Virus record (IMG/VR): IMGVR_UViG_3300010160_002125
Coordinates: 3,352 to 67,351 of that record
Direction: 5' to 3' (one strand)
Length of the DNA stretch: 64,000 nt
From: a virus
Part shown: piece by piece, positions 28,330 through 39,426 of the stretch
How positions within the stretch are numbered: the first letter of the stretch is position 1
How the letters are laid out: every line of letters starts with the position of its first letter
Notes under the pieces: generated by a model
What the model was told of the DNA's origin: nothing
The model's database searches: none
The model's input: only the letters and a program-made list of their open reading frames with translations
Program-made: the position numbers and the translations under genes

Positions 28330-28942
28330 TCTATTTCCAACACAGTTGTATAAGACAACTATTAGTGGCGATTATAATAGGGACGCTATATTAGCTCGTA
28401 CCACAGAATATCTTGCAAAATACCCGGAGTACAAAAAAGGCAACTTGGAAAATGGTGCAAGAGGAATACATGATGCTGTTAGTGATCTGCACAAAGACCC
28501 TGTGTTTAAACCAGTTGTAGATTTTATAAATCAATCAATTGAAGAATATTGGAAACAACTTGATTACTCTACTGAATGGCGACCTGGAATATGTCACTTA
28601 TGGGCTAACCAGTATCCAAAAGGAGGTTATGCCTCTATACATAACCATTCTCCAATGTGGTTAACAGGAGTATTTTATCTACAAATGGAACCTGGCATGG
28701 GGGACATTTATTTTGTAGATCCTAACACTGACTTAATTGAAATGCAACCAATAAGTGATAATCGTAGATACGATAACAAGTATCAATCTGTAGCAGTACA
28801 ATCTGGAGACCTTATTATTTTTCCTGCTTGGCTAAATCACGGAACCTATCCTAACACTACAGATACACTAAGAATTGTATTGCCGTTTGAAGTATCATTT
28901 AAAGGTGCAGATGTTTACCACAAATTATCTAGTAAATTATGA
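28316..28942 (+). CDS. 2OG-Fe(II) oxygenase-like protein (TIGR02466-type)
   Basis: LFPT, WAN, HNH...GVFYL, FPAWLNH, RIV. Confidence 0.85.
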   Translation: MTIINLFPTQLYKTTISGDYNRDAILARTTEYLAKYPEYKKGNLENGARGIHDAVSDLHKDPVFKPVVDFINQSIEEYWKQLDYSTEWRPGICHLWANQYPKGGYASIHNHSPMWLTGVFYLQMEPGMGDIYFVDPNTDLIEMQPISDNRRYDNKYQSVAVQSGDLIIFPAWLNHGTYPNTTDTLRIVLPFEVSFKGADVYHKLSSKL

Positions 28943-29652
28943 AACAAGAATTATTAGCTTATTCTTTTAAACAAGGACTTTCTCATATTCCAAGTGCAAT
29001 GAGTATGCTTGACTATGTTGATGTGTTATTCAGTGAACAGATTGTTACACCCAATGACAAAATAGTATTAGGTAAACCTTTTGGTAGCCAAGCATATTAT
29101 CTTATATGGCGTAAGTTGGGTTATCTTAAAACTATTGAAGGACTTAACATTGGAGTCAAGCATGACGAGATTGAGTTTGTAGACTATAGTGAAGAAACAA
29201 TGGGCAATGCTTTGGGAGTTGCTATTGGTATTGCAATGACTACCAACAAGCGAGTATGGGTTAATATCAGCGATGCCGCACTACAGATGGGTAATACATT
29301 AGAAGCAATCCAATTTATTGGACATCATAATATTAAAAATATATTTTTAACTATTGACTACAATAATGCACAGGTCACTGGCTCTATTAGTGATGTGTTA
29401 AAAATTAAACCTACAATACAATTTTTTAAAGAATATAGCTGGTTTGTTCAAGAAGTAGATGGGCATGATAAAATGAAAATTAAGACTGCATATAAAAATG
29501 CAGTTACTACAGTTCCTAATGTATTTGTTTTTCATACACAAAAAGGACACGGAGTTAGCAGTATAGAAAAGGATATTAAAAAATGGCATTACCGGAAAAT
29601 ACAGGACGAAAAAGAATTACAGTCGTTGGTGGCGGAACTTCAGGCTATCTGA
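28939..29652 (+). CDS. transketolase N-terminal (ThDP-binding) subunit
   Basis: HIPSAMS, SDAALQMG...EA (divergent GDGE), IDYN, VDGHD, TQKGHG, WH. Confidence 0.8.
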   Translation: MKQELLAYSFKQGLSHIPSAMSMLDYVDVLFSEQIVTPNDKIVLGKPFGSQAYYLIWRKLGYLKTIEGLNIGVKHDEIEFVDYSEETMGNALGVAIGIAMTTNKRVWVNISDAALQMGNTLEAIQFIGHHNIKNIFLTIDYNNAQVTGSISDVLKIKPTIQFFKEYSWFVQEVDGHDKMKIKTAYKNAVTTVPNVFVFHTQKGHGVSSIEKDIKKWHYRKIQDEKELQSLVAELQAI

Positions 29653-30866
29653 CAGTCTTATATTTCTGCAAGAAACACCCTGAGATTGATATTACATGGA
29701 TCTATCCACAAGACAATAAACCTATTGGCGTAGGCGAAGCAACGGTACCAGATGTTACTAATTTTTTAGCTGACCTAGGTGTAAGTGTAAAAGATATTCT
29801 ACAGGATATTAACGGCAGTTTAAAGATTGGCGCACGTTTTGAAGGTTGGGCAGACACTGGCCAATACTTCTATCACCCTTTTGGACTAACTGACAAAGAG
29901 TCAGTTGAGATAGAATGGATGATGCAGAATGACAAACTTGATCCTAACATATTGAATAACTATAGTGATCTTGCTGTTAACTTTGATGTTCGAGAATTAG
30001 CCGCTTGGTTAGATGTAAAATTTAGAGAGTTTGCTAATCTCACAATACAACGTACATCGATTAGTGACGCAAGTGAAATAGCGGATGATCATATTGTAGA
30101 TTGTACAGGTTTTGCCAAAGTGTTAATTAACAAAGGTCAACCTGATAACTTTAAGAGTATTAAACATATAATACCTAACAATCGTGCCTTTGTCTATCGA
30201 GCACAGTACAGTGACATCGACACACAACAGGTTGCTTATACTACACTAACTGCCGCAAGCCACGGATGGATATGGAACACTCCATTAAAAAATGTAGTTA
30301 CATTTGGTTACATACATGACGATCAATATGATGTTCGACAAGAATTTATCGACTTTGTAGAAAGCAAAGTTAATTATAAGATCGATCAAAACAAGATCGG
30401 TAACGTGCCTATGATAACAGGGCGTAACATTAACCACATTAGACATCAAGATAACAAAACAATATATTCCGTTGGGCTCAGCAGTTTCTTTATTGAGCCT
30501 TTAGAAGCAACAGGACTATACCTAACATCGTTTGGTATTAAACTATTAGACAGATTAATACATAATGAAATCACTGAAGAATATTACAACTCAGAATACA
30601 ATAGAGAGTTTGATGCTGTAACTGATTTCATTGCCGCATATTATCGGTTTTCTAACAAGACTAATGAATACTGGGACTCTTTTAAACAACTAGAAATAGA
30701 AAAACACAGAAAGAATCATATTTTTCCTGCACGTAGTTGGCACTACATTCTAAGCGGATTAGGTGCAGAAGATCGAGAATTAAAAATAACAGCTGAGTCA
30801 ATCCTTAAGGTAAGGAAAGGCATCACATACAGAGAATGGTTAAAAAATGCGGGCTACTCTACATAA
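29583..30866 (+). CDS. tryptophan-halogenase-family flavoprotein
   Basis: VVGGGTSG, IGVGEAT, DCTGF, GWIWNTP, FIEPLEATG. Confidence 0.88.
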   Translation: MALPENTGRKRITVVGGGTSGYLTVLYFCKKHPEIDITWIYPQDNKPIGVGEATVPDVTNFLADLGVSVKDILQDINGSLKIGARFEGWADTGQYFYHPFGLTDKESVEIEWMMQNDKLDPNILNNYSDLAVNFDVRELAAWLDVKFREFANLTIQRTSISDASEIADDHIVDCTGFAKVLINKGQPDNFKSIKHIIPNNRAFVYRAQYSDIDTQQVAYTTLTAASHGWIWNTPLKNVVTFGYIHDDQYDVRQEFIDFVESKVNYKIDQNKIGNVPMITGRNINHIRHQDNKTIYSVGLSSFFIEPLEATGLYLTSFGIKLLDRLIHNEITEEYYNSEYNREFDAVTDFIAAYYRFSNKTNEYWDSFKQLEIEKHRKNHIFPARSWHYILSGLGAEDRELKITAESILKVRKGITYREWLKNAGYST

Positions 30867-31323
30867 ATTCCTAGAAGACTCTTCCAAAGAAATTTACTTT
30901 TTACATGCTGACATGTGGAAGTGGACAGAGGGCAACTACAAAATAATCAACTGTGGCGTACAAGAACCTAACATGGTTAATATTGCCGCAGGATTAGCAA
31001 GCCAAGGCAAAAAAGTAATTATCTACGGAGTAGCTGGTTTCGTAATTTACAAAGCCTACGAACAAATTAAACTTAATATCAAAGGTTGGGCAGAGAACTA
31101 CGGCAGTATCATATTTGTCAATGCAGGCCATAACGGATGTTACAGCATCTGTGGTAGAGGACATTTAGTTAACGATGATTGGCAGTTAATGCAGGCATTA
31201 GATATTCCGCTAATTGATCCTCCTGACTGTAGTACGTTTATAGAGTCTATTGCTACAGCATTAAGTAAACCTGGGGCGACATTTGTTCGATTGGGCTGGG
31301 ACGGTGAAGTATGGAAAAAATAG
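30847..31323 (+). CDS. transketolase pyrimidine-binding subunit (short)
   Basis: NCGVQEPNMVNIAAGLA, AYEQIK, FVRL. Confidence 0.82.
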   Translation: MRATLHKFLEDSSKEIYFLHADMWKWTEGNYKIINCGVQEPNMVNIAAGLASQGKKVIIYGVAGFVIYKAYEQIKLNIKGWAENYGSIIFVNAGHNGCYSICGRGHLVNDDWQLMQALDIPLIDPPDCSTFIESIATALSKPGATFVRLGWDGEVWKK

Positions 31324-31928
31324 CAGTCACTGGTTACTCGGGATTTATTGGGCAACATCTAGTTGAAGCCCTAACTCGCTGTGGACATGTGGTTTATCCA
31401 ATAGGCCGTGACTTTAGGCAAGTGGACTGTGATAGAGTATATCATTTGGCTTGCCCAAGCAGGTCTGAAATAATAACAGCAGACCCAATTTTAGTTATGG
31501 ATACTATAATAGATGCTACTCGACAGGCTTTGGCAATATGTCCTAGTGCTTTGTTTGTCAATTCTTCCACAAAAGGTGCAACGGATCTTGTATCTACAGC
31601 TCAAGGATGTTATAATATAGCAAAACGCTGTATGGAAACATATATTGAATTCAGCGGACATGATTATAAAAACTACAGAATACCTAGTGTATATGGTCCA
31701 GGGATGCATGATGACATGTTTATTAAGAGATGTATAGACGGTCGTGCATACAAACCTACAGATCCTAACAAGATGCATTATATAGCACACATAGATGACG
31801 TAGTTGAAGCATTAATCAATCTCACAGAGATAAACACAGAAGAAATAACATTAGGGGAAATTTATGAACATTTTAATTCTGGGCGGCGCGGGCTTCATAG
31901 GCCAGAATCTAGTACACGCTCTACTTAA
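31311..31928 (+). CDS. NAD-dependent epimerase/dehydratase (short)
   Basis: VTGYSGFIG, HLA, YNIAK, VYGPG. Confidence 0.85.
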   Translation: MEKIAVTGYSGFIGQHLVEALTRCGHVVYPIGRDFRQVDCDRVYHLACPSRSEIITADPILVMDTIIDATRQALAICPSALFVNSSTKGATDLVSTAQGCYNIAKRCMETYIEFSGHDYKNYRIPSVYGPGMHDDMFIKRCIDGRAYKPTDPNKMHYIAHIDDVVEALINLTEINTEEITLGEIYEHFNSGRRGLHRPESSTRST

Positions 31929-32790
31929 AACAAGACAGAACCGTGTCACTATTATTGATAACCTTAAGACTGCTAGAATTAATTTAGAAGACTTTGCTGA
32001 ATACAAAAACCTATTTGAATTTATAGAAGCAGACCTAAGCACTATAGATGACAACGAGTTTTTAAAAATTTGTGCAAGACAACATAGAATCTATCATCTG
32101 GCCAGTTCAGTTGGTGTAGAATACGGAGATAAAGAACCTAAGTTAACTGTCTACAACAATGTTGCTCTAGTGAATAAAATTATTCCTCTGTTAGACCGTG
32201 CCAAGAAGCCTGTAATTTTTAGCAGTACATCCGAAGTCTACGGTAACGGCCCTACATTTAAAGAAGATGATGCTAGTGGAATTGGACCATCAAGTAAACT
32301 AAGATGGGCTTATGCTACTAGTAAACTAATGAGTGAGTTTATGATACGTGCTAGCTCATTTCCTTATACTATTGTTCGATTCTTTAATGTTACTGGACCA
32401 GGACAATTAGCAGACTACGGCATGGTCTTACCAAAAATGATTCATAGTGCAAAGAACGGTGAAGACATTGTAGTTCACGGTACTGGAGAACAGGTTAGAA
32501 GTTTTTGCCATATCAACGATGCTATCACTGCCTTGGTCAAAGTAAGTGAAGTAACAGGAGAATTGTTTAACATCGGCAATGACAGTCCTGTTACTATGAA
32601 TCAATTGGCCGCTCGAGTGATTGCACTAACTGGATCTACATCTATAATTAAACATGTTGCCTATGATCAGGCATTTTCAAAAGAATATGAAGATGTTATG
32701 TATAGAGTACCTAATTTAGATAAAATTAGAAATGCTGTTAACTATCAGCCAAAACATTCACTTGATGATATTATCAAAGATATGTTATGA
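31864..32790 (+). CDS. NAD-dependent epimerase/decarboxylase family protein
   Basis: GGAGFIG, STSEVYG, YATSK, RFFNVTGP. Confidence 0.9.
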   Translation: MNILILGGAGFIGQNLVHALLKTRQNRVTIIDNLKTARINLEDFAEYKNLFEFIEADLSTIDDNEFLKICARQHRIYHLASSVGVEYGDKEPKLTVYNNVALVNKIIPLLDRAKKPVIFSSTSEVYGNGPTFKEDDASGIGPSSKLRWAYATSKLMSEFMIRASSFPYTIVRFFNVTGPGQLADYGMVLPKMIHSAKNGEDIVVHGTGEQVRSFCHINDAITALVKVSEVTGELFNIGNDSPVTMNQLAARVIALTGSTSIIKHVAYDQAFSKEYEDVMYRVPNLDKIRNAVNYQPKHSLDDIIKDML

Positions 32791-33479
32791 TTTACATATA
32801 CAATGCAGAAGTACTTGCAAGTTTACGTAATAGGTCATTAGGATGGTATAACGAATATACATTACTATCTCATTTTATGAACCCTAGTAATGTATACAAA
32901 ACTTTGTCCTGGGCAGGACTAAACGGAATATTTTATTTTTATATACACGAAATGTATGATCCGTTGTTTTTATGGAACATTGAAGAAACAAAACAATTAA
33001 AAATTGAATTAGGAAATCACCGATATTTGGGCAGAGCTATACGAGCACAACAAACTTCAAAAGAAATGTGGTTACCTACTAAAATAGTATCACCCATTCC
33101 CTGGGAGTATGTGTTGGCAGATATTCGTGTGCAGGGATTAGATAAAACAATTGATATAGAATTTCCTAGTGCTGAACTATTTAAAAACAACGTACAACAT
33201 ATTATTGTAGAGGGTAAATTTTACGATAGAGTTGTAAAACCCTATCTTAAATTTCCAAATATTGTTGATAAAATGTTTGGTAGATTAGATCTCGCTTACG
33301 GAATTTATGTTGATAAACATTTATCTAATAGTTATGTTTTAAAAAATAAAGATATGGTTATTGGAATACTAGGAAACAAAAATTATCTAAACGCTAAAGA
33401 ATATGATATTAATGATTATGGTGGTTTTATGGACACTGTATCTGCAATGTTTATGGATGCAGAAAAGGAAATAAAATGA
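32787..33479 (+). CDS. hypothetical protein
   Basis: 230-aa coupled ORF. Confidence 0.7.
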   Translation: MIYIYNAEVLASLRNRSLGWYNEYTLLSHFMNPSNVYKTLSWAGLNGIFYFYIHEMYDPLFLWNIEETKQLKIELGNHRYLGRAIRAQQTSKEMWLPTKIVSPIPWEYVLADIRVQGLDKTIDIEFPSAELFKNNVQHIIVEGKFYDRVVKPYLKFPNIVDKMFGRLDLAYGIYVDKHLSNSYVLKNKDMVIGILGNKNYLNAKEYDINDYGGFMDTVSAMFMDAEKEIK

Positions 33480-34144
33480 ATATTATTGCAATGGTGCCCG
33501 TAAGAAAAGGATCTAAACGAGTACCTTCAAAAAACTCAAAACCGTTTGCTGACACTACTCTATTGGATATTAGACTAACCATGTTAAAACAGCTAAAAGG
33601 ATTAGCTGATATTATCGTTAGTACTGATTGTGAACGATGTATTGAGATTGCAGAGTCACACGGAGTACGGATACATCATAGAGATCCTTATTACGCAGGA
33701 GAAATATCTAACGATTTATTTTATAAAAATTTAGCAGAGGCATGTCCTGCTGAGTTTATGATAAACTCAGAAGTTGTTCAGCCACTATTAAAATTATCAA
33801 CCCTACAGGCGGCTGTTGACAAGATTAAAACAGACTATCCTAATATAGATAGTGTTGTGTCAGTCAGTCCTGAAAAGAAGTTTTTATGGCAAGAGGGCAA
33901 GTCCCTCAACTATGACCGTAATAAAACTCCTCGCAGTCAAGAACTACCTAACATTGTATCATTAAACTGGGCTGTGGGTATTATTAAGACTGCAACCCTA
34001 GCCGCTACAGGTAACATAGTAGGCGATAAACCTTATTTCACTGTGTTAAACAAGATTGAAAGCATAGACATTGACGACGAAGAAGATTTTATGGTTGCTG
34101 AGTTGCTGTATAAAAAATTAGGAATGGACTGGGTATTGGCATGA
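33476..34144 (+). CDS. acylneuraminate cytidylyltransferase family (NeuA/KdsB-like)
   Basis: PVRKGSKRVPSKN, VSTD, RSQEL, IDIDDEEDF. Confidence 0.88.
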   Translation: MNIIAMVPVRKGSKRVPSKNSKPFADTTLLDIRLTMLKQLKGLADIIVSTDCERCIEIAESHGVRIHHRDPYYAGEISNDLFYKNLAEACPAEFMINSEVVQPLLKLSTLQAAVDKIKTDYPNIDSVVSVSPEKKFLWQEGKSLNYDRNKTPRSQELPNIVSLNWAVGIIKTATLAATGNIVGDKPYFTVLNKIESIDIDDEEDFMVAELLYKKLGMDWVLA

Positions 34145-34791
34145 AAGTAGTTTTTCTAATAGCACATCCAGACGACGAAGCCTACGGTCCTTACGGCACA
34201 ATAGTTAAACTTGCCCGTGAAGGACACGATGTTCATGTATTCTGCATGTGTAATGGAGAACGCCCTGGCGCAGAAGATGTAGGCAATGCCCGATGTGATC
34301 GTTTTATATTCAACTGTGAAGCGGCAGGAGCCAAATGGCGGATATGGTCTAATGCTGATCTAACATTGGACATTAAGGAAACATCTGAGTTTGTAACACG
34401 GCTATTTGATTTAGAAAAACCCGATGCTGTGTATACACATAATATCAGTGATATGAATAGAGATCATAGGATTCTAGCAGAAGCGGCTCTAGTTGCTTGT
34501 AGACCCAAACCCAATAGCACAGTAAAGGAATTATACTTCTTTGAAGTTCCATCTAGCACAGATTGGACTTTCTCACAAATACAACCTTCGTTTGAACCAA
34601 ATATATTTGTTGAACTAGCTGATGACATTGTTAAACTTAAAACAGGTGCTCTAAGCGGATATGCTACAGAAACATATGAGTTTCCTGATGCTCGTAGCGT
34701 AGAAGCAATGCTTACACTATTGAAATATAGAGGATATCAAGTTGGATACAATAATGCAGAAGCATTAAAACTTGTATTCAAACGCGGCTAA
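34141..34791 (+). CDS. PIG-L family deacetylase
   Basis: AHPDDE, HxxxDxxxDH. Confidence 0.9.
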   Translation: MKVVFLIAHPDDEAYGPYGTIVKLAREGHDVHVFCMCNGERPGAEDVGNARCDRFIFNCEAAGAKWRIWSNADLTLDIKETSEFVTRLFDLEKPDAVYTHNISDMNRDHRILAEAALVACRPKPNSTVKELYFFEVPSSTDWTFSQIQPSFEPNIFVELADDIVKLKTGALSGYATETYEFPDARSVEAMLTLLKYRGYQVGYNNAEALKLVFKRG

Positions 34792-35493
34792 GTCTTCCTG
34801 ATAGACAGCTTCTACCAGCTGCCTAGTCTTAGTAGAATAATATTCTCTGTAATCCAAGTGCCTGCTAACATTATCAACAGGCAGCGGCACATTACATTTG
34901 AGCAACTGTTGTATAGCATCAAACTGTTCCCCAAGCTGTTCTGTTTTGATCACAATATTGGGTAATTGGCCGTTGAACCAACTCAGCTGTGTTTCACCCC
35001 GCCAAAAGTGATCAATGATGTGTCTAGTTCCCTGTCCTGTTTTATCATATATGTCTCGCCTATTGTAAAATACATGATTGATCCAATAGTTGAATCCTAG
35101 ATTGTAATATTCAACTAGACGCATATCGTCGTGTATTGCAGTTATAAAATTATCACTTTGATAGGGAAATGTTTTAACAAAAGGAACTCTTGCGGCTAGT
35201 TTTTGTTTATTTTCTGTTAATCGATTTTCGGCCCATTGTCCCATATAATGATAAAGACTAATTAAACGGTCAAAAGGATTCCTAACAAATGTAAAAACTG
35301 TTCCTAAATTTGGATGCAGTTGATTAATATAGTTGCGATCAGGTGCAACATTAACATTTTGCGGTTCCCATGCAGGCTGTGCTACTGTTCGATGATCAAT
35401 ATTATTAGTCACTAGCCAATTTTTAAAACTAGTACCGCCGGTTCTCGGCACATGTATAAAAGTAGCGGGCGTATTAGGAAAGTAGATGCTCAC
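34765..35493 (-). CDS. sulfotransferase family 2 protein
   Basis: FIHVPRTGGTS, FVRNPFDRLIS, YQED...FEY. Confidence 0.88.
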   Translation of the reverse strand: MSIYFPNTPATFIHVPRTGGTSFKNWLVTNNIDHRTVAQPAWEPQNVNVAPDRNYINQLHPNLGTVFTFVRNPFDRLISLYHYMGQWAENRLTENKQKLAARVPFVKTFPYQSDNFITAIHDDMRLVEYYNLGFNYWINHVFYNRRDIYDKTGQGTRHIIDHFWRGETQLSWFNGQLPNIVIKTEQLGEQFDAIQQLLKCNVPLPVDNVSRHLDYREYYSTKTRQLVEAVYQEDLAAFEYKF

Positions 35494-35956
35494 ACACTAT
35501 CCTTTCACCTGCATAGATCTTGCTGATCCCTTTACTTCGAAGCCAAATAGCATACACATCGCCAACATCTTCGTTATAGGGCAAACAAAATGCATTGGGT
35601 GTGTGCCCTAGATATTCTTTAAACCAAACTAGGGCACTTTCAGTATCTTGTTTAATATGTGCTAGTTTTTCAGCTAGTGTATCAAATGAGTTTAACCTAA
35701 TGTGATTGTGACTATGTCCACCAACGGTAACCATAGGGTCTAAACTCATCTGTTTAATCTGTTCTAGGCTAAGATAACCTTCTGTGCCAATGCGATTAGT
35801 AATAATAAAATAAATCTTTTCTGTAGGAACAGCCTGCACTTGCTTAAAATACTGCCAGTGATCTTGAGTCCCATCGTCAAAAGTCAGCAGATAATCAGCT
35901 AAGGGCAAGTTAAAAATTGCATCTGTAATCTCATGTATCATCAATACAGGTTTCAT
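35474..35956 (-). CDS. polysaccharide deacetylase (CE4)
   Basis: LTFDDG, GHSHNH, LPY. Confidence 0.85.
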   Translation of the reverse strand: MKPVLMIHEITDAIFNLPLADYLLTFDDGTQDHWQYFKQVQAVPTEKIYFIITNRIGTEGYLSLEQIKQMSLDPMVTVGGHSHNHIRLNSFDTLAEKLAHIKQDTESALVWFKEYLGHTPNAFCLPYNEDVGDVYAIWLRSKGISKIYAGERIVCEHLLS

Positions 35957-35995
35957 AAAGATATTTAAGCTAAATATTGACAGAGGATTAAAATA

Positions 35996-37321
35996 ATGGC
36001 AGCTAACGGCATATCAACACTGGCAACTAAAGAACTACGACAAGTTGCTAAACTAGAATTAGCACAGACTAAGCGTCAGCTAGTTGGAACACAAGGTTAT
36101 CGTGACTTACGTTACTACGATCTAGACTTACTACCTACAAAGTACAGTGGCGATGGCATTGTTAACAATCCTAACGTGGGTGGGCTAGTGCAAGGCCGTC
36201 CTTGGAAGGCTACTCCTAATATATTAAGTGGATTATGGCGTTCACAATACAACGGATACTTTGGGGATGTTGAATTTGCTGGCGGAAACGGCCAACAGAC
36301 TAACTCACCTAACTGGTTCGACACTCAAACACCAGTTGAAAGCATACAGGTAACAGATTTTTCTAAACCAGACATAGGTGTGGACTTGGTTAGCTTCCAA
36401 TGGATAGGATACTTTAGAGCACCGCATACTGCTAACTATACATTTTATATTACCAGCGATGACGAAAGTTATTTCTGGATTGGCAATAAAGCTATAACAA
36501 ATTACACAACAGTCAATGCCGACATATGGACTTGGAGTGGGTTAGGCGAAACAGCAAGTGATCCAATATCATTAACAGCAGGTCAATACTATCCTATTCG
36601 TGTACAATATGGTAATGCTACTGGCCTAAATTCATTTAGTATTAGTTGGAGTGATGATTACACTCCGCCTCCTAGTTTATCTATTCTTTTTGAATTAGAT
36701 GCCAGTACTTACACATCGGGTACTACCTGGTCAGATAGTTCAACTCACGCCCGTAACGCTACTTTGCATGGTGGAATTAATTGGAGCAGTGACGCTGGGG
36801 GATGTTTTGTATTTCCTGGAGACGACACAAAGTTTATTGATATAGCTGGCAGTGAAAGTGGCTTTGGCATTAGGGATTTGGCACCTAACGCTACTTTTAG
36901 TATTTGGGTCAATCTTGATTCTCAAGGAGGATTTATCCAACAAGTAGGTGGTTGGAGAGGTAATGACTTTAATTTCTACTTTGTAGTGATACAAGGCGGG
37001 ACAGAAGCCAGAGTAGACAGCGGCACAACCTATGATATAGAAGTAAGTTACGGTTCTTATTTCAACAACTGGACACTTGTAACATTTGCTACAAACTCTA
37101 CAACTTCTTCATTGTATCTAAACGGCGCCTTAGTGGGAACCAATACCAACATAACAGGAACACAATGGTCAGGAGATGCTATATTTGAATTAGGTCACTC
37201 TCGCGACTATCAATTTCCTATTACTGGTAAAATAGGCGGAGCTATAGCCTATGATAGAGAACTTACACAATTAGAAGTTACTGCTGAATACAATAGAACT
37301 AAAACAAGGTACGGACTATGA
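35996..37321 (+). CDS. virion protein with PA14 and LamG/concanavalin domains
   Basis: QWIGYF...SDDES...YYPIRVQYG (PA14); LYLNG...IGG..AYDREL (LamG). Confidence 0.8.
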   Translation: MAANGISTLATKELRQVAKLELAQTKRQLVGTQGYRDLRYYDLDLLPTKYSGDGIVNNPNVGGLVQGRPWKATPNILSGLWRSQYNGYFGDVEFAGGNGQQTNSPNWFDTQTPVESIQVTDFSKPDIGVDLVSFQWIGYFRAPHTANYTFYITSDDESYFWIGNKAITNYTTVNADIWTWSGLGETASDPISLTAGQYYPIRVQYGNATGLNSFSISWSDDYTPPPSLSILFELDASTYTSGTTWSDSSTHARNATLHGGINWSSDAGGCFVFPGDDTKFIDIAGSESGFGIRDLAPNATFSIWVNLDSQGGFIQQVGGWRGNDFNFYFVVIQGGTEARVDSGTTYDIEVSYGSYFNNWTLVTFATNSTTSSLYLNGALVGTNTNITGTQWSGDAIFELGHSRDYQFPITGKIGGAIAYDRELTQLEVTAEYNRTKTRYGL

Positions 37322-38313
37322 CAGCAAAGACTTCAGACTTCAGCGGCTTACTATTCTACAATCCAGCTGGCCCGGGATTTAATCCTGTAGAGTCGGCGAC
37401 TATCACAGGTCCAACTAGCATTGACGAAGGTGCCACAGCAACATTCAATGTAGTGACTTGGGGTATACCTGACGGTACAACATTATATTGGCAAGCAAGG
37501 AATCGTTTTAATATAGACATTGGAAGATTTACTGCCGTTGGTGGGACTTTTACTATTGTAAAAAATCGAGGATCTTTTACTATTACTGTTGATGCTAATA
37601 ATACTACACAAAATGCTCAACAAACTTATGGCGCCTGTGTTAGCAAAGTTAGTACAACTAGCAACGACATTTTAGCAGTATTCCCTGGGGTTGTAGTCAA
37701 CGATACAAGTCAAACCCCACCCGTACCGTCAAGCAACAAAGTTATTAGTTTGAATCCAAACTACATTGCTACTAACGGCGGCACCAGTATTCCAAACGAT
37801 ACAGACGAGGGTAGTACCTCGGCCACCGTAGTGGGAGCATTTACCAGTTCACTAGCACAGGGTGGAACAATAACTCTTATTGACACCCAAACCTCTGCGG
37901 TGTATCTACCTGTTAAGCATGTAAAGACTATTGGCATGTGGATTAAAATAATAGACGTGCAGAACAATTCTCGGTATTTGCTTGATTCTCGTGAGAGAGT
38001 TGGCCCTAATTTTGGTTTAGGTACCGGATATTTCTATAGCGGCGGATATGAAGGATGGACATTGATGTCCATTAACGGAGCTCCAGCAGACACCAGCGAC
38101 TGGTACACTGTAGCAAACAACACTAATGTTTGGCAGTATGTGACTTTGATAAATCAAACAGATACACCTCTTAGTATAACCTTGTTTAATCGCTATACTT
38201 TAGCAGAAGGTCTTGCTACAATTCAAGTAGGCAGGATAGAAGCATGGGATTATATACAAATTGATAGTCAAATAGCCACTGCCTATGCATCACACTCATC
38301 GAACTATGTATGA
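37318..38313 (+). CDS. putative virion protein (Ig/Calx-beta-like plus lectin-like)
   Basis: SIDEG..TFNV.T..PDGTTLYW; beta-rich composition. Confidence 0.65.
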   Translation: MTAKTSDFSGLLFYNPAGPGFNPVESATITGPTSIDEGATATFNVVTWGIPDGTTLYWQARNRFNIDIGRFTAVGGTFTIVKNRGSFTITVDANNTTQNAQQTYGACVSKVSTTSNDILAVFPGVVVNDTSQTPPVPSSNKVISLNPNYIATNGGTSIPNDTDEGSTSATVVGAFTSSLAQGGTITLIDTQTSAVYLPVKHVKTIGMWIKIIDVQNNSRYLLDSRERVGPNFGLGTGYFYSGGYEGWTLMSINGAPADTSDWYTVANNTNVWQYVTLINQTDTPLSITLFNRYTLAEGLATIQVGRIEAWDYIQIDSQIATAYASHSSNYV

Positions 38314-38332
38314 TAACAAGTAGGAGCATATA

Positions 38333-39409
<1,077 letters not shown>

Positions 39410-39426
39410 CAAACGGAGCGGTCTAA

